A DNA stretch of 64,000 nt from Pseudogymnoascus verrucosus (Eukaryota), in the NCBI GenBank assembly GCA_001662655.1, contig KV460267.1, one strand, 5' to 3'. A program made the position numbers and the translations under genes. The notes under the pieces were generated by a model that saw only the letters and a list, made by a program, of their open reading frames with translations, searched no databases and was not told where the DNA came from. Below, piece after piece: positions 25,102 to 36,600 of the stretch; the stretch's first letter is position 1, and each line of letters opens with the position of its first letter.

Positions 25102-26825
25102 ATGGTTCGCACTAACCTCTTAGCCGTCGTACTTCTTCCGGCTGCTCTTGCTGCACCATCAACCGAAAAACGAGTCGGTCCTAAGGTCAGGCTTAGTATC
25201 GGGAATGTTGTCGGATCATCATTCCTTAGCGTGGATTCTTTCATGGGCATTACATTTGCTAAGCCTCCTGTTAGGGCACTTCGCTTAAAGCCACCACAGT
25301 CAATCACATCAGACCTCGGAACTATCGTTGCTACGGGCACGCCCCGTGCTTGCCCCTAAGGCACCGCAAGTCGGGTGGATACTACTAAGCTTAGTACTAA
25401 TGCAACCGGGGTTCTAGGTAGCCTCCCTGTGACTCCAGCTGCCCTTGAAAGCGACTCACCAGAAGACTGCTTAACTCTTAACGTTTAGAGACCATCTTCT
25501 GCCACATCATTGTTAAAACTCCCAGTTCTATTTTGGATCTTTGGTGGAGGATTCACAACTGGTTTAACGCAAATCTATGATGGAACTTCGTTAATCTCAA
25601 CTTCAGTCTCCTAAAAAAACGACATAATTTTCGTGGCTGTCAACTATCGTCTTAGAGCCTTCGGATTTTTATCCGGCAAGGAGGTCTTAGCAGATGGGTC
25701 TACGAACCTTAGCATAAGAGACCAGCGGCTAGCTCTTCAGGTGAGGATTTTTAGGTATTGTTACTAACATAGCTAACGTCTTTTGTCAGTGGGTTGCAGA
25801 TAACATTGCTTCGTTTAGTAGTGGCCCTTTAAAGGTTACAATCTGGGGAGAGTCTGCAGGATCCGCCTCCGTCTTCTCCTACATGATTTACAAGAATGGC
25901 AACCACACCTACAAAAGAAAGCCGCTTTTTTGTGGTGCAATCATGGATAGTGGTTCTCTTTTACTAGCAGCTGCAGTTAATGAGAGCCGCACCGAGGATC
26001 GCTACAACATAATCGTGCAAAATGCTAGTTGCTCCAGTGCCTCAGACACTCTATCCTATCTCTAGAATCTCGACTATGCCACATTCCTTAATGTATCCAG
26101 CAATGCCAACATTCCTATAAATACCTACTTACTACGTCGGGACGGTATTTTCTTCACTGACACGCCTGAAAATCTTTTGAAGTCAGGTAAATATGCCCCA
26201 GTCCCATTTATTTACGGAACTCAACAAAAAAAAGGGCACACTGTTCACCTACAGCCTTAATCTCCAAAACTCTACCAACGTAGTGGACCATCTTGCCTAC
26301 ACATTCCCTAACACACCTCGCGCTGTACTCTAAGGCTTTGTGGATACCTACCCTGACGATGTCTCTGCTGGCTCCCCTTTCCGCACCGGTCCACTTAACA
26401 ACATCTACCCGCAGTATAAAACCATCGCTGCCATTACTAGCGACTACATGTTTGTGTTCACACGTCGTCTCGTCCTTACGCTAGCTGCAACTGTCAAACC
26501 AAACATCCCGACGTGGTCATACATCAGTACTTATTTCTACGGCCTCCCAGTCCTCAGTACATTCCACGCTACAGATTTATTGCCTGCGTTTGGTATTACG
26601 CTGGGAAATGCAGCCTTTTCAATTCAATCGTACTACATCAGTTTCGTGCACAGTTTAGATCCAAATTCTGGCACTCCTAGCATCTTGCAAAAATGGCCCT
26701 AATGGAGTGCTCCTAGAAACAAGCTACTCAATTTTAGAGCTTTCTTAAATACGGTTACCGCAGATAATTTTAGGCAGACGAGTTTCGACTTCTAGCTGGT
26801 AAATTTCTCAGAATTTATGCTTTAA
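25102..26825 (+). pseudogene. Secreted type-B carboxylesterase/lipase, RIP-damaged
   Basis: Signal peptide [55 protein letters not shown] (25844-25861), FHATD. Stops where Gln is expected (ACP* 25357, LNV* 25486, WP*W 26700). Confidence 0.88.
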
Positions 26826-27099
26826 GGGAGCAGCAGGAATTGTAAGGTGGATTATGATACGAAAACATTTTAGAGAGGTCTTAAGTTTGGTAATAGTTAT
26901 CGATGGGCTTTAGAACTCTGTTATTCGTCTAGGTCTAGCTAATGTAATCTTCTAACTGTCCTGCAATAGTCGAAAGAATGTGTGGAGGACTTGTGCTAAC
27001 TCATTATAATAGATTACACGTTGTCATGCTTTGCAGTCGCCTAAAATGGCGAGCTTTAGATTGTTAGGAGTGTCAATACCCAAATATTATTATGCTGGC

Positions 27100-27303
27100 G
27101 TTTTAGAGCATGATGACGATTAGGGAGCACCGTTGGATTGATTATACAAATTAGCAGATAGAGACTGATATGACATCCGGGACGATATAGAGTCAGAAAG
27201 GCAGTGGTTGGGAAAGAAGGTTGAGTGGGGTGGGATCGAAGGGAATAATTTGATCAGAGTGTTCAAAAAGCTGGCCAGCCAGCGTTTAGATGAAGAGAGT
27301 TAG
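27100..27303 (+). pseudogene. Short remnant of an unidentified fungal protein gene
   Basis: Reads through stops as APLD*LYKLADRD*YDIRDDIESERQWLGKKVEWGGIEGNNLIRVFKKL, which looks protein-like. Family not identified. Confidence 0.3.
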
Positions 27304-28764
27304 AATAATTAGTTGACAGGAATAATATTATTAGATAAAAGATATAGAAAGGTTGTATAGTTCAATTAATAAAAGGTGAAAGTTGGGTTATTTTTCAATT
27401 TTATTTGTGAAATACAAAATAATAAATTTAGATTTGATATAATGTACGTATAATACCAATCACGGGTAGGGTTCATGGAGAGAGTTAGGGCGAGGATTTG
27501 TTTAGGATGAGTAATAAAATGATGGGGTGAAAATTAGGAGGGTATTCCACGATTAGGGGTTGAGTGGTTAGGTAGTCGGGTGGAGGATGTAGGATGGGGC
27601 GATTGTGCGAGAAATGGGAACAATGGGACTAATGATGACAAGCACATATTGGGCGTTCGAAATAAGTTTGGAGTTTTTGTCAGCATGGACGTGGATACAT
27701 TTTCGAGATTGGCGGTACATGTCGATTTAGCAACATGAGGTCAGCATAGGAGGTTAGCAAAGGATGGGTAATGGTTTCATGAAAGGGTTAAGTTAATATT
27801 GAGATGACAGGGTGAGGGTTATGGTTAGCAATGAAGGCAAGGGTTTGGTGTAGAAGGGAGCATAGTTGAGCCCATTCCGGTGAAGCCCGGCGACAGCCAC
27901 TCCAGAGGTCAGAGAGCATAAGATGGCGACACCGGGAGAGGTCACGGAATAAGGAAGGGTTAATAGTAAAGGTAGAGTTATAAAAGGAAGTGGGGAAGGA
28001 GTAAGCACATTCCAACCCATAACCCAAATCCATCCAGGCGAAGCCCGCCCAGGAGGGCGGCGGGTAGGGTTTGGCGGGTATTGTATATGTTCGAGACGGT
28101 GACGCATGCAGCACGAAACATACATGGCAGTGAGACATGAGTGAGGGACAGGATTAGGGTGAGTGAAAATGAGGGGGTTGGGTAGGGTATATAACCCAGC
28201 AAGGTCAGGGTTAGAAAGCATAGGTTATACCGACGAGACCAAGTAAAGCAGTGTAAGATGCAACGATGGGCGACAGCGAAAGGCAAACAATAGAGACAGT
28301 GAAGGCAGAGTTGGTGAGGTTATGTGTGGCAAATAAAGAGTACTAGAGGTTGATTTGCAAGGAATGCATGCTGGGGGTTGGATTAGGGTCGGTGGGGGGT
28401 CATTTAGAGAAGAGGCACATGGTCAAGAATGTTATGGCAACAGGGCTGGAACGAAGATTTGTGTACGACATTTTCGACGCGTGGGAGGCAAGAAGATGAT
28501 ACCAAATGATGGATTGAAGCCGCAAGAAGAGTTAGCGGTGTTTTATGGGGTTCGATACGAGGTCGGTACAAGAGGTTGAAGAGCATTGGTGGTTGGTAGA
28601 TCATGGGGAAAAGAAGGGGAGTTTGATAGAGGCAGTGAGGATGCAGTCGTAGGGAGGTCAGGGCGGGGAGCGGGAGGGTTTTTGGGTTGTAGACGAGGAG
28701 GAAGGTTTTGGAAATGAGGAGGGAAAAGAGGGGTGGAGGGTTACGAGAATCAATTTATGCGAAG

Positions 28765-29460
28765 TTAATCATATAATCGGATTTTTGCCCCACGCACCCC
28801 GCTTCCCCAACATTGTTTATTGAAGTTTTGATGTGCCATGATTCCATCATTATCCCGAATGTTCTCATCAGCCCCTGCTGAAAGAAGAAGACTCGCTATC
28901 TCTAAATGATCATAGTGATAGGCGAGATGCAATGCAGTCCAGCCATGAAAACCCTTGAAGTTGACTATCGCTCCAAATGCCAACAACTGCTTAGTAATCT
29001 TAAGATGACCATACCTCGCGGCCAACAGGAGTGGTGTCCATTCATGCAGATTGTGAGCATTTACATCTGCACCAGCACAGCATAGCAGCTGAACGGCTTT
29101 CAAACAATTTGCTCGTGCTGCAGTATGTAGAACAGTCTCGTCGGTCTTATTCTTTATCTCGATAGGAACTCCGAGGCTTATGCAGGCTTGAATCGCCTGG
29201 TGCAGACAAAGTTCGATAGCATGATGCAGGTACGGTCGAGAAGTTGTAACGATCAGCTCGCTAGAGATTCGGTGGTGCACAACAGTAGTGCAACAATGGT
29301 TGATTCTATGGGACGTGATACGAAATCTAAGTAGGTCACTTTTCCCAAGGCTCTGCCCAGTCAGTCGTTACAACTTTTCAGAAGAGAGTCACAATACCTC
29401 TGCAATTTGACAAATAATTTCATTTGGGAGTTTGCTGAAGTTTTTCTTTGTAGCAATCAT
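28765..29460 (-). CDS. Small F-box plus ankyrin-repeat protein, 2 exons
   Basis: Exon 1 MIATKKNFSKLPNEIICQIAE splices in frame (intron ~29397-29354) to SLGKSDLLRFRITSHRIN, an F-box pattern. Ankyrin repeats follow: TVLHTAA..GADVNA, TPLLLAARYGH, GWTALHLA..GAD. Confidence 0.8.
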
Positions 29461-29991
29461 GACAAAAGTATGACTAGTTGTCATTAAGCTGTAACCGGTT
29501 GATAGCTGGACGACCGTGCTGTCTCTAGACAATCCGTATTAGGATTGTGTCTTTTATCGTGCTCTTTGTGATGTCTGAGAACTTCAGTCATCAGGCGTTG
29601 GAAAGCAATTACTTTATTGTCAGCTCGCTTTGTCTCTTTTCTCTCGTCCAACTGGTAGACATGCGCCTGGTTTATAAGGATGTGACCCAAACCGCGTATC
29701 CGAAGCACCGGTAGGGCTGACATCTCAGCATCAACAACTTTCAGTACCAGCTACAACGTGACGCAAGGCCGCTTCTTATCTTTAATCTTCACATCCATTC
29801 TACTAGTCCTTTTTGACGCCGCCAAAAGGCATTAAAAGCTCATAGAAAAGCCACCTACTCCCTAGATATTTGATTGACTTAGAGCTAAATGTCGTTCAAG
29901 TCACTATTATCGAAGTTGAAGTCAAATGGGAATACGAGGTCATACACAGAAGGATAAGAGCTGCAGTTGTAAACAGTGAGGGCTGCCTACA

Positions 29992-30609
29992 CCTATCGAG
30001 GATGACAAGCTAGGATTGTGTCTTGGTTTCCTCCTGGAGAATGCGATGTTTGCGAGGTCTGGGGTGGGGTAGTGCCATGTCGGATCCACTGCGCGCTTTG
30101 TGCGGATACCAAGCGTCGTGTAGCCGAACTGGGGTTTTCGTGGTGGCGGTGGCGTCCACTGCGCGCTTTATGCGGGTACCTTACCAAGCGTCGTGTAGCC
30201 GAAGTAGGTGGCTGCTTCTATGCTGGCGCCTAGTCCTAACCCGGGCCCACTGCGCACTTTGTGCGGCAAGTCTACGCTAAGCCGAATAGGCAATCCTTAG
30301 AACATCATTTGCATTCGTTTCAAACCATCGAACCCTCCCGAAGGCTCTCTCTGATTACGCCTCTAGTTTGTTTAGTATGTTTGCGTCTAAGTGCGACTGT
30401 TGGGGTTTGCCCGCCTGTGACTTAAACTAATTAACTCTATCGCCATCATCCTATCTATCTAATCATACTTGTACACATCCACCATGAAGTCGGTAATACT
30501 TCTCGCATCGAACCTTCATTGTCCATCTTGTGTCTCCCACGTCCAGGACGTCCTGTCTTACCTACTAGGAATCTCATCTGCAGATGAGGTGTCCCTAATC
30601 AACCGAACC
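29992..30609 (+). repeat. Diverged direct copy of the Cu-ATPase promoter and first ~40 codons (parent 6280-6876)
   Basis: Aligns from cctatcgaggatgacaagctaggattg. ATG 30484 gives MKSVILLASNLHCPSCVSHVQDVLSYLLGISSADEVSLI, then homology stops. Motif copies at 30086, 30156 and 30247. Confidence 0.92.
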
Positions 30610-31577
30610 TAGCTAGGAGGCTGTTAGTATTTTAGCCATAATTCTAGGCGGTGAGCGGATCCTGCCTATGTAAAAGGGGGTGGGGGTGGAGAACATGGGT
30701 CTAAACTACCACATCCAAAATACCATTTAGAGGCTGAGATCTTCATTTCCCCCTTTCCCGCGGCTATAAACATAAAAAAATTGAGAAAACCGTTTATTAG
30801 AGCCTCCTACAGCTTTGTGCGTAATCCTAACCTAATATGAATGAGAAATGGCTTTGAGATAATAGGTAGATGTGGATGGAAGAAGGCAAATGTTAAAAAG
30901 TGCTGAAGAAGACCGATGAGGAAGAGCAAGGATCGCAAAGTGAATATGACATGAAGTAGACTGTCGTCGATAGCTTGAAATTTCATCAAAGGGACAAACC
31001 TATATATACCTGATTACTGAAAATATCTCGATACCATAAATCAATTTTCATGTTTGAAGATTATTAAAATGTTGATGGGCTTTGCCCTGACCCTAATAAT
31101 CAGGGGACCACCCCGCCACTTCACCCCGCCATATACACGAAAGATTTCCCTGCTAGGGGCGGCTGCATCCGAGCATATGCAAGGTTAGCGCCTAGAGTCC
31201 ACCTAAAAATGATATTGTTCCATATAAAGGCGTGTTGTCCTACATAACACTTTTTTTTTAGGTCATCAGCTTCGATATAACCATACTTATGACCCGCGTT
31301 GGGCTTTCATTCTGCCTCAGCAAGCCAGCACATATTGACGGGAGTGATGTCCCGAAACAAGCCTGAATGTGACGCATCATTATAGCCATTAGACGGTAAT
31401 GGTCGATGTCTTAAAATAACCTGCTTCAGAATTACGTTACCACCGGTGCGGAGGTGAAGAAGATAACTCACAAGGCACATTAACTCGTCACCACAGCCTG
31501 GAAGGCATTCGCGTACGTTTACATTAACATTAACTTATTGCCCACCTTAAAACGACTTTTCTCGACTGCCAGCCTTA

Positions 31578-33222
31578 CTACGGTCTCGAGGAAGCGGTTT
31601 GGATAGTATTGCTGTGATTGTCACGACTTTCGATTTTGTGTAGAGTTAAAGAGGAAGATGTTGTGGGGTAGAAGCAGGAAGTTGTGAGTGAAATAACATC
31701 CTCAAGGGTACTGTCGTCATTAGTGCCCCCCATAGCATCCATCCCCATCCCCCCCATCCCCCCCATCCCCCCCATCCCAATCCCCGCTCCACCTCCCGCA
31801 CCAGCACCAGCAGCAGCGTTATACAACCCCCCCCTCCATCAACGCCCTCATCTGCTCCTCCATCGCCGCCGGGCCAGCCCACTGATTTTGTTGGTCCCTG
31901 AAACCTAGGGTCTGTTGTTGTTGTTGCTGCTGCTGTTGCTGTTGGAGAATCTGCATCTGCCTCGCCTGCTGCGCTCTCAGCACTACCTGCAGCTGCTGCT
32001 GCTGCCCTCGGGGCGTGAGTTGAAGCTGCTGAGTCTGGATGCGCATCTGTGATGACCCCGCGGTCACGGTAGCAGTGGAGGAGGGGAGAGGAGCAGGTGA
32101 TGCGGCGGAGGAGGCGGAGATGAAATCTTCGTACGCCCCGGTTTGTAGGGACTGCAGGGTATCCATTGTGAATGGGGAGCCGCCGGAGACATCTGCAAAT
32201 GGGGAGACGTCGCCGTAGCCGCCACCATCGACATCTCCAAAGTTATCCTCCATGTCGAGGCCGGGGTAAAGGTTATCACAGAACGAGTCATCCCCGAATT
32301 GACTCTCTGGCGCTGTGGTGGTGGTCGTCGTCATCGTCGCAGCGCTCAGTATCCCACCCATCTCCATCTCCCCCCCCCCCCAGCCCGCTCCTCCCTCTCC
32401 AGTCTCCTCTGCAACTCCACAAACTCCCCCGCATCAGCCGGAGACTCACTCGCAGCACCACTAGTCGCACTCGACGGATCAGGGCGGATACACCCCAACT
32501 TGGCCGCAATATCGTGAATCACCGGCTGCCCCCTGGCATTCACGACGGGCGAGTCGAGCGTCCACTGCTCGCCTGCTATGACCATGGCGTACAGCTTGTG
32601 CACCGTGGCGATGAGGGCGTATTGGGTGTTTTCGAGGACTTCGGCGTAGCCGCGCGGGAGCTGCTTGAATTCGGCTTTTTTGCGGTGACCGGCTGTGCAG
32701 ACGAGGCCGTCGTCGCGGCAGCGTTTGCAGGGGGATTCGGCGTTGCACTAGGGGGGGGGGTTTAGTGTGGTTCTTTGGTTTGGTTTGGTTTTGGCAAGTT
32801 TTTTCTTGTCTTCATCCCCGCGGTTCTCTTCTTATTTCTCATCTTATGACACCCCCATTTTTCTCACATGCACACTCTCATACTCCTCTCCAATCTCCAC
32901 CCCACCAAAAACCAACCCTCCTCAGTCAAACAAAAAAAACAAGAAACTAGTAGAAAAAGTCACAACTAAACTTCGCCTTCTTCATCCTACACCTCTCACA
33001 AGCTTTCCACACCCTCTTTTGCCTCCCACCCCTCATCTCCGGACTCCGACTCCTACTCGGCGGCGGCGCCGCCGCCGCCGCCGTCGTAGCAGCCATCACT
33101 CTCTTCGCGCCCCTCGGTCCCGGCTTCGACATCTTCGTCCGCTTAGACACCGTCTTGTGCGCTGCGTCGTTATCCGTTGAAGGCGGCGATGGGAGAGACT
33201 GTGGGCGGTTCGGTGGTGGCAT
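31578..33222 (-). pseudogene. Zn2Cys6 transcription factor (Fcr1-like) with apparent lesions; pseudogene or assembly errors
   Basis: KRVWKACERCRMKKAK | CNAESPCKRCRDDGLVC, then GYAEVLENTQYALIATVHKLY and GQPVIHDIAAKLGCIR, with a polyQ/Gly-Met tail. Intron donor reads TT rather than GT at 32970; frame changes at two G tracts. Confidence 0.75.
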
Positions 33223-33559
33223 TTTTCTGGTTTATGTGTGCGTGTGCGTGTGTGTAGGTGGGGTATATAAGTTGCGAATTAAATCATTCTGTGGGACGTG
33301 GTTGTGACCACCGCTGCTGGTGCTAGTGGTGGTTGTGTCGTTGGGGTGTTATATGGGCGGAATGTGAGAATAGTGATTATTCTCGTCTGTTTCCCCCGCG
33401 GAATTCCCGTGATGGGGTGTTGGTCCGGCTACGACTGCTTGAGGTGTAGGGTTCCTGGTTTCCTGGCTGGATCTGGCTTCGTGCGGGGTGGTTTTAGGGT
33501 TGACGTCTAGGATTATTGGCGTTGTGTGTGTTGTGTTTCGATTTTCCCAGGTATGTCTA

Positions 33560-34375
33560 TAGTCCTAAAGTTTAATAATAGTATTAATGGTTAATTATAA
33601 TAAGTTGCCTTTAGTCTATGTTATACTACTCTCTAAAATGTAGTCTAAGTTGAATAATGTTAACTTACACCCCTTCCTTACTATATCTAGTTAGTATTAT
33701 TATGTGTATTACCTCTATACTATACTACTTTTAAGATGGATTTAATATTCTTCTTTAATATTAATATTACACTAACTTATATAGATAGTTACATCTTATT
33801 TGTATAAATGTTATATATAACAATTAAACAAAGTCTATTATATTATAATGTTATATAGTCTCAGTCCTATTCTACTCGCCCTCTTAGCCTGCTAGTTCTA
33901 CTACACACCTAACAAACTACTTAATTTTACTATAGCATACCCTCTGTATTTTCTATATAATCTACATATATGTTACATTTCACTTATAACAACTAGAACA
34001 CGTTATCGTCTTAATCCTAGTCGTTACTGCCTAGAGTGACACCACCCTTTCCTAGCGTTGCTAGTAGGTCTAGGACCTTGCCCTACGACCCTGCATTGCT
34101 CCTGTTCCCCTCCTCTGTTAGCTGCCCCTTGCCATTAGATCCCTCTCTGTTGCCTAGCGGTAGTGTTCTCCCTAAACACCTAGTCCGCCGTCTCTTTAGT
34201 GACCCTCCCTGCAATGTGCTTCTGCCTCTCTGCCGTTTTCTTCCTCTGCCTCCACCTCCTCGGCCTCCTCTACCCCCCTCTCTGCCTCCTGTCTAACCGC
34301 CTAGGTTGCCTCCTATCTAACTGCAACTAGATTAAATAGTGTATGGTTCTTTGATCTAGAATCGTTGCCAGCATA
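33560..34375. mobile_element. Very AT-rich, heavily RIP-mutated repeat relic, family unassigned
   Basis: Sharp GC drop with TpA/CTAG excess. A minus-strand remnant reads GGRGGGGRGRKRQRGRST among stops. Confidence 0.5.
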
Positions 34376-34425
34376 ATCCGGTGCATCACGTGACAAAATG
34401 CAATATCTATATAGTCGTTTCAGAC

Positions 34426-36600
34426 TCACCATGCAATCCTAGTCTGCCTTGTAACAAGTTCATCAGACCACTCATATCTCTTGTGCTGACATACCAAATA
34501 CACTGTTCGCTGTTCCATATCGAAAGACCACAATATTCCGTGTGTCCTTGCCCAAACCGGAATAGTGTCACCTTGATCTTGCTCCTCCTCAACTTCCATG
34601 ATCCACTCTATCATTTTAGTTACCAATTTGCTATCCCAGACACCTTCTCTACGTGGGTGTAAGCGCAGTAAGGAGATTACTTGTCGTCTGATCGACTTCA
34701 CGCGGCATTTGATGCCTACTAGCCAAAGAGGCAAAATGATGCCGAGATCGAAGGTAAAGCAAATAGTGGCTGATTGGTGTATCCAGTTGGTCTTGAGTAG
34801 CATTTGTGATAAAGTTACTATATCTTCAAACTCGGAAGTAAAGTCGTCAAACACGGCTTGGCTGAATGAAAGTGCGGTCACTAACTCAATATGAACCATC
34901 TTTGAATGCAGATAGAGTGTATCGGCTGCTGATAACTCCCTTCGACCCTGCTCAAATATTCCCTTGGAGAAAGCCTGAAAGCACTTAGACCATTGAGATA
35001 GCCCTGAGATGTTGTTTGCTTGATAGGAAGCCAACCTCTGAGGAAGCGGTAAGGAATCCGTGTGGCTGGATCCGTTCGCGGATGAGCAAGCTGCATTTGT
35101 AGGATGCTGGACCGTTGCTAAGCGAAGAAATGGTGAGTTGACAGAGTAATTGTTTGTCCGGTGGCACACCATAATGTTCAGGCGATGTAAGATAATGGCG
35201 CATTTCATGATAAGTTCCAGGTATTTTCGCGCCTGTGCAAAAGTGGTGAAAACTCTGGGCATTTTTTGAAGAGTTTGTGTACCGCTTCTTAGGAAATCCT
35301 CGTCTCCAATTTGCTGTGCACTGTTGGCATCTTTGCTTAGGCAAGCCTGTCGACCCAGAAATCTCTCATCTAGGGTATATAGTGTCTGAATTTCTAAGCG
35401 GCTAAAAGCTCGAAAAATGTCGTCTTCAATGACCTTAGGAGCTGGTGATGATAATCCCAAAGCGTGCTTATGCGCATCGGCATATTGCGATCTCCAATCC
35501 CGTAACAACGAAATACCGGTTTGAATCTGATCCACCACTAACCTGTCATTACCGAGGCCTGCCTCAAACATCGTGACCAAAAAGCAGCAAAGTAATGTTG
35601 TCCTAAGATTCTGGCATTCACTGGAAACAGCGGTCCTTATGTATTTGATAGCTTTGCTGTATTGCAGAAGTGCATCCTGATAATACAGGACAGGTCTCAT
35701 CTCACAAGCGTTACGAGACACAGAGCTGGGGCCAGCTGTGTCGGACTTCTTGGCGAGTGCTCCTAGAGCAACGATGGCATATCGAACAGAAACTTCAGAG
35801 TCGCATGCTTGCAACAATATGCGACGCAACGCTTCGGCATCGAAGGTTGGGAGAACCTCGAATGCAGTTTTTGTGGAGAATAAGTCGAAATATTGGTACT
35901 CCTGCTCCGTCTCAAAGAGCCTTCCTGACAGTGTATTTGAAACTAGAGTGGAGGGACTCGCATTCTTTGGCTGTACAGAGCGACATTTAAGTGGGCGAGG
36001 ACCAGGTGAGGGTTGCCGGCGTGCACATTCTAAATCAAGATTCAAACAGCGTAGACATGCTGGTTTCGACTCGTCACACTTTACTCGGCGCAACCTGTAA
36101 CAAACGTGTTTAGATTGTTTCAGTGTGGTGTGAGGCTGAGATAGATCTGTAATGGAGTTGAAAAGATCAAAGTCAGCTGCGGCGGCAAAGGTATGTCCAG
36201 AGACGGAGTATTGCTGCACGACATCCACCTCTTGTGGCTGGAACATTCCTATTAATTGTACCCCGCCGCAGTAGTAGCAGTGCCCGGACACCGATGACAT
36301 GGAAGTCAAAGGCGGGACCACCACCCTCTGTGTGCCTGAGTACTGTTCTGACGAAGCCGAAGAAATCTGAACTTGAGGTAAGCATCGGCATGGGCTAGGG
36401 TTGAACTCTGTAATAGATTGCTGGCCATTTTGTACAGTTCCTAATTGTTTCTGTTGACGCTGCTTGTTCCGAAACTCCTTCATTGCATGGGATCGAATGC
36501 TACTGCGTGTCGACTCGTCTATCTTGCGGCCAGATTGTCTGACAAAATGGTATGCTAGAGGTGGAGGTGGAGCGCACCCACTCTCACTTTGGTGTTCCAT
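34426..36600 (-). CDS. Zn2Cys6-type transcription factor with an incomplete zinc cluster
   Basis: 724-aa open frame: RRVKCDESKPACLRCLNLDLEC, then YFDLF, VRYAIVALGAL, FTFDLGIILPL, KCRVKSIRRQVISLL, PRREGVWDS. Confidence 0.8.
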   Translation of the reverse strand: MEHQSESGCAPPPPLAYHFVRQSGRKIDESTRSSIRSHAMKEFRNKQRQQKQLGTVQNGQQSITEFNPSPCRCLPQVQISSASSEQYSGTQRVVVPPLTSMSSVSGHCYYCGGVQLIGMFQPQEVDVVQQYSVSGHTFAAAADFDLFNSITDLSQPHTTLKQSKHVCYRLRRVKCDESKPACLRCLNLDLECARRQPSPGPRPLKCRSVQPKNASPSTLVSNTLSGRLFETEQEYQYFDLFSTKTAFEVLPTFDAEALRRILLQACDSEVSVRYAIVALGALAKKSDTAGPSSVSRNACEMRPVLYYQDALLQYSKAIKYIRTAVSSECQNLRTTLLCCFLVTMFEAGLGNDRLVVDQIQTGISLLRDWRSQYADAHKHALGLSSPAPKVIEDDIFRAFSRLEIQTLYTLDERFLGRQACLSKDANSAQQIGDEDFLRSGTQTLQKMPRVFTTFAQARKYLELIMKCAIILHRLNIMVCHRTNNYSVNSPFLRLATVQHPTNAACSSANGSSHTDSLPLPQRLASYQANNISGLSQWSKCFQAFSKGIFEQGRRELSAADTLYLHSKMVHIELVTALSFSQAVFDDFTSEFEDIVTLSQMLLKTNWIHQSATICFTFDLGIILPLWLVGIKCRVKSIRRQVISLLRLHPRREGVWDSKLVTKMIEWIMEVEEEQDQGDTIPVWARTHGILWSFDMEQRTVYLVCQHKRYEWSDELVTRQTRIAW

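Noticed and set aside
29484..29723. 79-aa ORF upstream of the F-box gene
   Set aside because: No recognisable family or supporting gene structure.
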